Part shown: positions 1 through 11,464 of the stretch, one piece after another
Position numbering within the stretch: position 1 is the first letter of the stretch
How the letters are laid out: each line of letters begins with the position of its first letter
Source of the DNA: Podospora anserina
Lineage: Eukaryota
DNA length: 64,000 bases
Assembly: GCA_017654855.1 (NCBI GenBank)
Contig: CM030338.1
Location: 2,604,001 to 2,668,000 of the forward strand
Direction: 5' to 3'
The notes under the pieces: generated by a model
What the model saw: the letters and a program-made list of their open reading frames with translations, nothing else
The model's database searches: none
What the model was told of the DNA's origin: nothing
Made by a program: the position numbers and the translations under genes

Positions 1-1621
1 GGCGGCAGAGGTAGGGTCGTCAGGCATGTCAACATCATAAGCGTTGTAGGACCGGTCGATCAGATGTCGCCTCTTGTCCAGTTTGTGGCTGTTGTCGAAT
101 ATCGATGGATCGTAGAAACCCATAGGGGCGAGAATAACCTCATCGTAGCACTTGAACATGTACTTCCGCGTCGGCTGGTTCGGAGCGCGTAGGTGGAAGT
201 CGTAGTTTTGGACCGAGATGTTGGCTTGCGACAAAGTGCAATACTTGATCTTGAGTTCCTCGGCCAGCAGGAAATCATATCTCCTACGGAGGTTGATCTC
301 TTGATATGGGAAATTATCATAGAGCATCATCTTGATGAAAGTCTCTGTGACATCCCAGCCGCCAAACTTGAGGTTGATGCGCGAGTCTTCGATACAGAGA
401 CCGTCTTCCACGCAAGCGATGGAGGTCTTTTGCGCACCGCAGTCCACCACACAGGCCTGAGTGTAACCGGCACCGAAGGTCGCGGCCATGCTCTCCTGAA
501 TGAACGCAACCCTGCTAAACTCGAACCATTCGATGCAAAGATGTAGAAGTTGTTCGACATACTTCTTGTCGTAAAGATCTGGGATAATGATGACACAGCT
601 GTACTGCTTCCACTCTGTGCTCTTCTTCAGTCCCAGTTCCCACCGAAAGGCTCGGTCTAGTAATGTCTCAAGGTCGTTGAAAAGATGCGCCTGAGTAGGG
701 TACTCGTTCTCGTTCAACCAGCCATTCTGAATCGGCCTCCACAGCTTGAACTTGGGATTTGAATCGTCTGGCACGCGCTGGGCTTGGTGGCCAATGAATA
801 CTGCAGATTCTGAACCACCATCCTCCAGCGTGCTGACATCGGTCCATTCGACTTGGAGTGGGTCATTGTGCTGCGAGATGATCTCTGGTTCTGTTCTTCT
901 GTTAAAGTTGACAACAAGGTCCTTGGAATTAGGCAGCACCTTCCGCTTGTTTTGGCGCATGTCCACCTTCAGGTCGTTGCACGCCTTCTGGTACTTCTTT
1001 GACCATTCCTCGCCGTGCTGTTGATCCATGCCCCGCTCCTCAAACTTGCGTCGCGGTAGCGCCTCGTACATCTCAGACTCGGTTTGCGGGTACTTGGTCG
1101 CAAGTACCATGGGAATGGTCTTGGGGAGGGCATCGCTCGCAAAGCCGAGTCGCAAGTTTTGACTTCCCGGGTGTATCACGATAATCTTTGACGGGTCCAT
1201 ATAAGACGACGAAGGACCACCATCCTCGCCCTGGAGGTCGTCGACGGGAAGCGTAACGTCGCCATTGGTGTTGTTGAGTGCGCGATCGCGGTCTTTGGCG
1301 TTTTGTACCAGTCGGTCTCGGTTCGCCTCTGCTTGAAGCCTCAGCGACAAGATCTGGTCATCGCGCTTCATGTAGTCCCTGCCCAGCCCATGTCAACAAC
1401 TTGATGCGCCCGGTTGTCCAGCACACTGGCTATTCCTTACGTGTAGTAATTCTTCTGATTAATTGGTGGCACGTCGGGCCAGCTCGTTTGCTTCATGCCA
1501 TTGTCGGTGCGCTCGAGTCCTGGTGATGGTGGTGAGCAATTGGCGGTTCTGCCCGTCTTTCATGTATCGACCGGTGCTTACCCTCCCTGGCGAGGACACG
1601 CTCGCTGACTTTGCCGACCAT
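1..1621 (-). CDS. ARP8: Actin-related protein 8 (INO80 complex); 3' end lies outside the window
   Basis: Largely missed by the ORF track. Manual minus-strand translation, exons 1621-1582, 1519-1441 and 1378-<1 with GT..AG introns: MVGKVSERVLAREG|LERTDNGMKQTSWPDVPPINQKNYYT|DYMKRDDQ...IIVIHPGSQNLRLGFASDALPK...SCVIIIPDLYDKKYV...AFIQESMAATFGAGYTQACVVDCGAQKTSIACVEDG. These are actin-fold and Arp8-typical motifs. Confidence 0.93.
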
Positions 1622-2480
1622 CTTGGCTGGGGTATCTGGTGTTGCTGTTGGATCTATCGAAGCTGTTGTTGACAGGTCGAGCGTTGGAATCAAAACTTTA
1701 AGATCACTCGTTCGGTCGGAGGCGTTGCTTGGACACGGTGGAAGCAGGGTATTAATTCCGAACGCGCTTCTCGTCTCGGGAGGTACCTGGAGACGGTTGA
1801 CGGAGCAAGTAGAAGCCGATATGCGCGGGGAGGTATTGTGGTGGCTGGTCGAGACTATTCAGGCCCAAATTTTCATCCATGTGCGCTCCTGTTTGTGGGC
1901 AAGACGCTGGAGTTGCTCTTTTCTATTTTGTGCCGCCTCAAGCTGGCTGCTGCTGGAATTTGGCCGCCATTGGTTTGCGAGCTTCACAGCGCGCCGCTGG
2001 GGATGCTGATGGTTGTACCTCTACGCTAGCCGAATCTGGGGATGGCGGCTTGAGCATGCTCACCGCCTTCCTGATGGGGACATTAATGATTTTGTCGACG
2101 ACTTACATTGGACGACGACCACCAGATCTTCACAGCAAGCTGAAGTGACACAGTGAATAACATTCATAAAATAACTATATTTTCTAATCCGAAGCTGTCA
2201 TCAGTTTCACCCAGATTCATCCCAAGTGCAGAACGTTCCATGAGTCAACCCAGCCAACAACCAACAACGTTGCCAGCTGCCTTCACCTGTCCGCCAGCCC
2301 TATGACGTCGCCACTTACATGCATTGCCAGACGCGGCCTCAAGAGATGAACACCTCAACCTTTTTCAACAGTTACCTGCAACCTCGAGTACAACTTCAAA
2401 GACCTTTTGATTCTAACACTTCACTCTCCAATTCACCCAATCTCATCATCACACACTCTCACTTTCAAATAACAGCAACC

Positions 2481-3056
2481 ATGCCCCCCATTCCCCTCCA
2501 CACCAACTCCCCCATCAACCCCGCCAAAGCCTCAGGCATAACCCCCCAAACCACCCCCCCAAACAATGATCAGCCAACACCAACGAAAACAACCTCTCTC
2601 CCCCCTTCAGCTGCTCCCAATAACGGCCCACCACCACCCCAACCAGGCGCCGTTCCCCATCTTCCTCAACCAACCTCCTTCCCAGCCTCCTCCACCGGTC
2701 CTGCTCCCCCTCAACCAGCAGCCGCCCCAGCCACTACCGCAGCACCAACATACCCACCCCCTCCCCAGTCCTCAATCCCCCCTCCAGAACTGCCATACAA
2801 TCAGCGAGGAACCTCGACAGCTTTTACACCTGCTACAACGACAGGAGCAGCGGTGTTGCCCGGCCCGAGCCCTTACGAGACTGGTGGTGGGCAGGTGTAC
2901 CAACAGAGGACGGATTCGGGGTATCGGCCTGGGGGAGGGGAGGAAAATGGGGAGCAGGGTGTGTTGGGGAGTGTGATGGGGTATGCTAAAGCTGCGGGAG
3001 AGAAGCTGAGTGAGGCGGAGAGGGAGGTTTGGAGGAGGATTAATGGGGAGAAGTGA
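2481..3056 (+). CDS. Small proline-rich hypothetical protein
   Basis: ATG at 2481 in a good context (CAACCATG). Reads MPPIPLHTNSPINPAK..., Pro/Thr-rich, and ends in an amphipathic helical tail GVLGSVMGYAKAAGEKLSEAEREVWRRINGEK*. Confidence 0.75.
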   Translation: MPPIPLHTNSPINPAKASGITPQTTPPNNDQPTPTKTTSLPPSAAPNNGPPPPQPGAVPHLPQPTSFPASSTGPAPPQPAAAPATTAAPTYPPPPQSSIPPPELPYNQRGTSTAFTPATTTGAAVLPGPSPYETGGGQVYQQRTDSGYRPGGGEENGEQGVLGSVMGYAKAAGEKLSEAEREVWRRINGEK

Positions 3057-6000
3057 TATGGTGGAGCTGAGAGCTAGGGTGGGGTGTATTGGGGGGGATG
3101 GGTTAGAGTGAATGAGGAAGGGGCAAGGGGTTGATGAGTTTATGGGGTCCAATGAGATGATGTTGTGCTGGCTAAAGTTTTGTTCTGTGATATGTGAAGT
3201 TTCTTCTTATGGTGATTGCAATGACAGACACGGCTTGTGTAGCTCGGCTTTTTGTGGTTTGGTGTTGGAACATGAGAATTGGTTTTATTGTTTTTGAGTT
3301 TACCTATCTATTTACCTTGCACGATTTTACAAGCTCAAATGTCTATTACCGACCATTTTCTACATCATCAACTCCGGTCCGGTCAAATTCGGTGTGACAC
3401 TACAGCTATGTGGGTTTTGAAAGAATACCTCTCAGCTTCTAATGTCTGTCCTCACTGGGAGGTAACACAAGAGGATTCTCCCGCCTGTCTCATATTCCCA
3501 CATTTTCTGGCCTTATCCTGACCATGTTCCCGCGATTCGGTGAGCTTACTTCGGTACCTAGGTGGACAACACGTGGTCGATATGAATAGGAATGGAATGG
3601 AAACAAATTATACTTTTGATCTGCGGGGACCTAGTTTTTTGACATGTAGGATGATCTATGCCGAGTTGGACAGGGGGAAACGTGGATCGGTTGTGGAAGG
3701 AAGTGTGTGTATGTATAGACAAGGTGTAGGGCGGGGAGGTGATGCCAGCTTGTAAGGTAGACGGGAGAGAGTGTGAATCCATTTGGTACAAGCTTTTGCG
3801 GTGCGGTTGTTCGTGTACGACGAGGCATTGGAAGATGCTGGGTGGAATACGTATGCGTCTGGGGTTGGGACGAGGTGAGGGCGCCCGTGGATTTGGGTCT
3901 CTTGCCTTACGATGATCAAGGGTTGTGTTGAATCCATTTGAATATACCTTTGCCATGTTGGGCAGACAAAAGTACACGTACACATAGGGGGGGAATATCT
4001 GGTCGTGAATGAAGGATGGGATGGTTTTAAGTTGCATTTTTGCACTGGTGATGAAAATCGCAAACAAATCCTACATGCTAGGAAAATCTGGTTGATGTCT
4101 GTGAGTTGAGGCTGTGTTGGAGAGATGACTGTGGGTTATTCCTCTAGACAGATCCTCTAAATGAGGCGAGAATGAGGATGAGATGACACACCGGGTTGTC
4201 GTCCCGGTTTTCCTTCCAAGCTCATTTGAGTTGGTAAGTTCAGGACAGATCATGATTTTGGGCGGAGGGTAGACTGTATCCGCTGTGCTGTGATAGGAAA
4301 TATAACATATACCCCTCATATCCAATTCTTACGTTTGTGTTGTCTCATCCCTAGAGTCCTCGTTGGGCTGGTGCTCGTCTAAATGAGAACCGAACGGAAC
4401 TGACGGCCCTGACCAACTGAACGGGACGGAAAACCGTCCACATCAGACATAGGACGACTTGACCTGGCAACTGGTCGAACCATGTGATGAAGAACGGAGC
4501 GGATCATGTCCGGCAGTAGAGAACCTTGGATCATCTCTCGCTCCATCTACACAGGCCCTCGGCACCGACGGCTTGGTCCGATATCTATGGGGTGCCTTGC
4601 TTTGCCTTACACACCCTTCCTTGAACTCGCTTACTTGCCGATCGAGGCTGTTATGGCCTTCCTATTTCAGATGAGGTGTACGCCTTGCTCGTATAGGTGT
4701 GGCAGAAAAGAAGACCCCACGCCTGTAAGGCTCGTCCACGTAATCCCACGACATCAGATACGTGTATGTTCTGAGAAGAAAGAGGGCAGAGACAGCAGGC
4801 GGCCTCTTTCGTGTCTGGTCTTCTGACGGGAGGATCACATCGTCATTGGTGAAGCGATCTCCATAAGAGCCGAGTTATGGGCCGCGGACGGACAGTTGAA
4901 AGGCGAAATAATTTCCCAAACGGGATGACTTTGTTATGCAAAAGTTGTCAAGTGAGCAGCCCCCAAGGCACCCACTTATGTGCGTGTAGAGCACATACCG
5001 CGCTCACCTACCGACCGGACCCCGAGGTGGGATGGCTATTGGAGACAAGAAAAAGCGAGAGTGCGGACTCGCCGGAATAGCAACTTTGATGTAGAGGTGG
5101 GCATCCCTGTGTGGAACATGTCATCGAAGGTCTGTAGAAGAAACACTAGCGTCTGAGCGTCGGGGATTCAACCTGACAAGGTGACGGGTGCCAGGGTATG
5201 ATAAAGACGTTGGCGGAATCCATCGTCCGTGGTCCGTGAGATACAAGGTCCCCGGAAAGTGACTTCTTGAATGGTGACATTGGTTATTCTGGAAATCACT
5301 GATCGAGGTGTCATGAGTAGATTGATCCATGGCGGCCCAGCAGTCCCGCGGGTGAGACGGGCAGATTGGGGAAGACGCAGGTACGGGACCGCCTGTCAGG
5401 CACAAGGAAGAGGGGGGCAAAGAGAGGCACAGCTCTGGCCTGGCCTTTCTCCCCCGCACAAGGCCGATGTATTCGTCCCTTGCTAGAATGACTGCCGGTT
5501 GTGGTCCAGCTAGTGGGCCAAAGCTTGGTCGGACGACGTTAGTAATAGGGACCATCTCGTCTGTGTGTATGTGCTACAGACAGCCCTATAAGCCAAAATG
5601 ATTATTACTATGAATATCACGCCAGGCCACCCTTGACCATTCGAGCCTTAAGACAGGATACTAAGAGACGAAGACGCCACCGCGGACGTGGAGGGCAGAG
5701 CCCAGGCAATCAGAGATCAGCTCCCAAGAGACGGGCAAGATGGACAGCATGAACAACGACCGGCCGAGCGGCGTGGCAAAGTCGGTTAGTTTCGAACAAA
5801 AGATGGGGAGACTGGGTCTGCAGGCTGGATTGGGGGAAACAAAATGGTTGCCTCGGGGTATGAAGGAGCACTGCAGCAAGAGAATAACCGCTACCACTGA
5901 TGAGAATACTCCATGGAGGACGAGAAAGAAGGAAAATGCCATGAGTTCCAAACAAGGCCAAGTAGATCTTGTTCAGGAACGGGCAACTGAAGTGACGACA

Positions 6001-9000
6001 GAGAAACACACCAGGAGAAGTTTTATGGTTCGAGATCCACTCGATCAGCCATCCTTCGTATCACCTTTCTTACTCCATACACTGTCAAACACTGGGCGGG
6101 CAGAGGGGGGAGACGTGTTTGGAGGTGGCTGTGGAGATATCTGTCATCTGCAGTCCACAGACCTTTCTATAATTAATATCGACCATGCGATGCAAAGACG
6201 GGAGGCTGCCGAACCGAAATAGTTTGATGAGAGCGACAAGGCCGAACTGGCGCCAGTTGCGGGGTTGGCGTGGTTGGAGGGTGGAATTACGGAGCGCGGG
6301 ACTCGGCAACGGGTCCCCAGTCACGCAACATTCGGAGGATAACGATCTGGGCGGATCTCATCAGAAAGAAAGAAGAAAGAAAGAAGTCGTTGATGACCGT
6401 TGAACGAACTCGAACAACAAGGCGGAGACTTCAATCGACTCAGGACTCATAGCGTGACATGGGTCGATGTCTGCGACAGATCTGAGACAGCTAGAGGCCC
6501 CTGCTTAGACAGGGATCCCTGATGTCGATTACCCTCAGCAGCGAATCAGGACGCGGGCTGGACCCACTGCAACGCCAACCTCAAACCTGTTGCCCCGTGC
6601 TCGAGGGCGTCCAGTCGCGTCTCTTCCAACGACATGTCTTGACCATCACTCAACACTGCGATATCCCAACCTACCACTGAGGCTAAACGGATGTTTCTCG
6701 ACGGATCCAAAACATCGAGAGCACTTGCAGATTCGCTACCAGCTTCATCAAAACTGCCCAAACCCTCGCATTCGCCTCTGCCCGTTGTCGAATCGCTGAT
6801 TTCCAGGTTGTTTGCCAACAGCTGGAAATACCCTCACCCATGGCCTGGGCCTGCCAATGAAGAAACTTTTCTCCAGATTCCATCTCTGTGCACGGTCGAA
6901 CTGGCCGTGCTTGCGACTGACTGCCGCCCCCCGACCCGTCACGCCGGCCACTCACGCCCGCAGGTCTGGTTATCAGATGTCGGGGATGGAACATGTAGTT
7001 GACTGATGTCTGCCAGCGGCATCTAGAAGACTGGGAGCCTTCGACTTGTTGACCAACAGGATCACACGCCTTGTTATTACACCACAACCATTATCTGGCA
7101 CGATAGACACAGTGCTTTGGGGTACCAACAGTCAGTCGGTATGTCGTCCGGTGTGGTGCGCCGCCTCGAGGCCACCTCACGGACACGCGGCCGGGTCTCG
7201 ATCTACGCACCAGGCAAAGACAGGAGAGAAACCCCCCAGAAAAAGTCAGAAACTTGAGATCCGGATCGCCGATGCCAAAACGGCGCCCGTTGCTCGATGT
7301 GGTCTTGCCAAACATGCTCTGCCATGATCTCCACTGGGGATCCTGGGCCAGGTTGCGAATCGGTTTCCTCTCACGCTCACAGCGGCTACTGCAACTCACA
7401 TTGCGAGTAGCCCACACCGGATTTTCGGTGCAGAATCGCAACTTGCTGTGCCAGGTTGCCTGTCAAACAATCATCGTGAGATGGTCAGCCCTCGGTCCGT
7501 GAGCTGCTCCCGCACTGTTTGGCCTCGACAGCGGGTGCGCTATGGGGTCTGACCAAGATGTCACCCAAGACCACACCCTGCCATTCGTTGTTTTCTCTTG
7601 ATTCTATTTTCCTTTTTGATTTCGACCCCCAACAACTCCATTCTCTCGACCGACGGGATATCTCGACGTTGCTACCTCAACGCTCGCTCTCAGGGCATGG
7701 TGCTGAGACAAGCCACCTCCTCGGCATCTTCCCCATGGCCCTGTCCAGCCTCAGCCTCCACAGGGCCGAGTCCCAGGCTGGAATAGCCTTGTGTGCCCTG
7801 TCACCCCCTTTGTCTTGTCCAAGTGGATATCACCCCTCCATCATCTGTCTCCTCTAGGAACAGACTACGCTCATTCTGTTGACCAACGTCCGGCTGCTCG
7901 TCTCGATATTCCCTTCCCGGCCTTCTTCTGCCGGCCGTTGTCTCCTGGCTTCATATCCTCGCTGCCCAGGCCCCAGTTCGCATCTGGTGGCTTCGGTGTT
8001 TTGTCCAGGTTCCCCTTCTTTCCCAATGGAGAAAGGAATGTTCTGAACCCAATCCCTGGTTCAAGCCATCCTTCCCTCATCCTCACCCACGCCTCCTTAT
8101 GTTCCGTCATCGATGAACAGATGTAACCCTGCCCGACCCCCCCTGTCCATCGCTGCCCACCCTGCCCCTCATGATCCTTGCTCGTCGTCCTCTGGGGCAG
8201 GCCAAGCAGATTCTCGCACACCACCTTTCCTCGACATCCACAGACACAGGTCAGGTTTGTATCAGGAAAATCCGGCTTAGCTCCTACCGACGTTCCGAGC
8301 TTGACCGTGCTGAGCTATAGGCCCCTCCCCCTCCACCGTCCCCTCGGGCAGGCCTTCTTGGTTCACGAGTACTTTTTTTTTCTCTCATATACCCCCAGGG
8401 TCCTTCGACGCCCCCGCCATCCGGCCTTCTTTTTCCCTCTTTCCGCGTCGTCCCACCCCCCAAAAGTGTTCACACTGGTTCCCTCTCTTCCCTCTTCTCA
8501 GTCGCTCCTTTAACGATTATTTTTCGCACCCCCTTATATCGGCCTCTGGTCTATAATACCAAGAGCTGGCTCTCTTTCCCGCCTCCGGACGGACGCCAGT
8601 GTGAACCGACGGTTTGACGAGTTGCCTTTCCACCCAACTCACCACGCTCCTTAACCAGCACCCGACACCGCGATCAGTCACTCCTTGTCTCGTATTACTT
8701 TTCATCATCTTGACACACACCCGGCCCCAACGCGAGGCTTTACATTCTTTACCTGCTATCTCCGAGATCCAACTCGAAAGCAACCGTCCAGTCTATTCAC
8801 TCCTTCGTTACCGATACAACCCCAATCTGAATATCACTCTTGATTCGACACACCAACACCGACGCCAACGGTCACGACAACTGCTACTTATCCTACATTC
8901 TCCATTTGGTTGACCCGACTCTATCTCATGCTCTGGACCGGGCCCTTAAGCGTGTTATAGTTCCTAGTAAGTTGCAAAGGACGGCTTGTGAACATCCCAT

Positions 9001-9147
9001 GATACACAAGCGGGGCCCCCTCGACTGCCAGGGTTCCTTCCGCTCGAGCATTCATGCTAACCTTTGGATGGTTGGCTACTCTCAGCTTCCGGTAAATCTT
9101 AGATTAACCACACACTTTTCTATTTTCCAAATCAGAACCGTTTTGCT

Positions 9148-11464
9148 ATGGATTCATCCCAATTGTACGCCATCCCCGTTGCTTGACTCTACCCTAAACC
9201 AGGGACACTGGAACTTACATGTATGCTATAGACGGCAGCAAATCCAAGTACCAGCGTTCAACTTCGAAAATCCCGAGAGCCAGTTTGGCAGAGAGATCAC
9301 ATCGCCCCATCCTACACCTGTCGTCACCATGAACGGTGGCACCGTGCCTCCAAAGACCGACGCGATGACGGCACCGCAGGGAATGTGGACAACACCGACA
9401 TCCCAGGGAATGAGACCCAGGCCTGCGACTATTCACGAAGGCTTCTCGTACTGCGTGGCGGAGCCGTACGAGGGTCTGCCAGCTTGGGACTCGTCATCTT
9501 TGCAAATGCAGCAGACACCTAGCGATGGCATGTCGTCGAGACCTATCTCCATGCACCAGGACTTCTATCCGGCGACTACATTGGAGAGCAGTGAGTGTTT
9601 TAGCAGAGGAGGCTATGGCGGCTTCGAGGGGCTAACCATCCCCTCAGATTCGTGGCCGCAAAAGCCTTGCGATGACCATTTCGAGATTCATGGGTTGGAG
9701 CCCGAGATGAACATTGGGCAGGCTTACACCACTGACGAGGCGAATCCCATTATTGACCTCAGGTATCCTGGTCAACAGGTGGAAGGCGACTCGAACAACT
9801 TTGAGCATGGGTTGAACCCTCGCAGAATGTCTGGGTCGTCTTTTACCGTGTCCACGTCGGGCGGCATGTCAGAAATGCCTCCCTACGAGGATTTCTCCAC
9901 GACCCTCTCCGAAGCGCCTTCCTTCTCGTCTGAGTACCCGCCGCCGTCCAACCGAAACTCGATGATTTCATCTACGCAACTGTCTCCTGTAGCTTCCCCA
10001 CGCATGACACCTCAGAGCCGGTCAGAGTTGGTTAGAACTCAAAGCAGAGGGCGCGCATCGCCTTCTCCACGACCTGGAGTTCGCGCGGCCCCTTACTCAG
10101 TGGAAAGCGCCAGGAACAAGAGGTGGTCGACTGGTTCATACGGGACGGCGAATCGGAGACCTTCCCCCTTTGTGTATCACCCTCATGACGTTTTCAACCA
10201 GCACAATCGGATGTCGTCTCGCCACTCGTCACCTACTATCGGACACGGCCCCCTCCCCTTGAACTACGGCAACCTCCAGGCAGCGCAGCAGCACCCCTAT
10301 CTGATGAGCAATGCACCGGCATTCCAGAGAAACAGCATGCTTCTGCCCACGCAACTTCCGTCTCATGTCTTCCACCATGACACGCATCACCACCATCCTC
10401 ATCAGTTTGAGAACGCGCCCCCCCTGCTCTCACATGGACTATTCCGCATGCTTCAAAGCAATGCCGACCCCCACTCTCTCCACAGCCACTACGCTGACCT
10501 TTCTGACCCCCCTGATCTGTATGCTTCTCTTCAGGAGGAGCAGATTCCTCCACCGCCCGAAGATATGAACCCATCCGACCCAGACTTGATCCCCCACGAG
10601 CAAGAGCTGAGGTTTGAGGGTGACTTGTACACCCCAAGATGGGTTCGCGGACATGGTAACAAGCGGGAAGGATGGTGCGGCATTTGTAAGCCTGGAAGGT
10701 GGCTTGTCCTGAAGAACTCTGCTTTCTGGTACGACAAGAGCTTTACTCATGGCATCAGTGCCGCAACGGGTAGCCCATTCCAGGAGCCTCAAGACACGAG
10801 GCGCATGGATGGTAACCCTGATGTCTGGGAAGGACTGTGCGGCAGCTGCAACGAATGGATTGCATTGGTGAGCAGCAAGAAAAAGGGAACGACCTGGTTT
10901 AGACATGCCTACAAGTGCCACACGCACCCAAAGATCAAGGACGCACCTAAGCGCAGAAGGGAGAGCAGCAATACCCGTGCTCTGGCGGCCACCAACATGG
11001 CAAAGCCGGCAACCAATCCGTTGACGCCCCAAATGACACCACAGGTGTCAACGACAAACACTCCTGCTCCCGCTCCCCTTCAGTCGCAGCCTCAGCACCA
11101 GACTCAACAGGCTCTGGAACAGGCTCTGGACCAGAGACAGACACCAACCCCAGTTCAAAGCCAACACCCGCCACATGGTCCTCCTCCCCCGCCTCCTACG
11201 CAGCACCAGCAGCAGCCTCAGGGGCAGCAGCCGCATACTATGCCGTCGCAGCAGCACCAACAATACAATCAGCATCAGCAGAGCCATCCTCCACCGCAGC
11301 CAGTCATCCAGCTGCAGCCTCCGCCGGTCCGTCACTTCCACCGACACCTCCCACCTCACCTCCAGCTCCACCCGACGTCAGCTCCTCCGCAGCCTCCCAG
11401 AACAGCCATCATGAGCCCCATCCCTCCCATGGCTCCCATGGACGGCTTTGCGAACATGATCTAG
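9148..11464 (+). CDS. Transcription regulator with Rua1 C-terminal/DUF4451 (Meu26-like) Cys/His domain and a Q/P-rich tail
   Basis: Motif DLYTPRWVRGHGNKREGWCGICKPGRWLVLKNSAFWYDKSFTHGISAATG...WEGLCGSC...WFRHAYKCH. Proposed exons 9148-9164, 9232-9590 and 9648-11464, giving the start MDSSQ|LRQQIQVPAFNFENP. Introns: 9165-9231 (GTACGC..CTTAC..TAG) and 9591-9647 (GTGAGT..GCTAAC..CAG). Confidence 0.85.

Noticed and set aside
3100..8500. Many short ORFs (60-170 aa) in the long intergenic region
   Set aside because: No motifs, consistent codon bias or splice-supported models. Treated as the upstream region of the DUF4451 gene.
8840..9147. N-terminal extension of the 874-aa ORF from a TTG start
   Set aside because: The stretch overlaps clear intron signals and does not look like protein. 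A spliced ATG at 9148 gives a better model.
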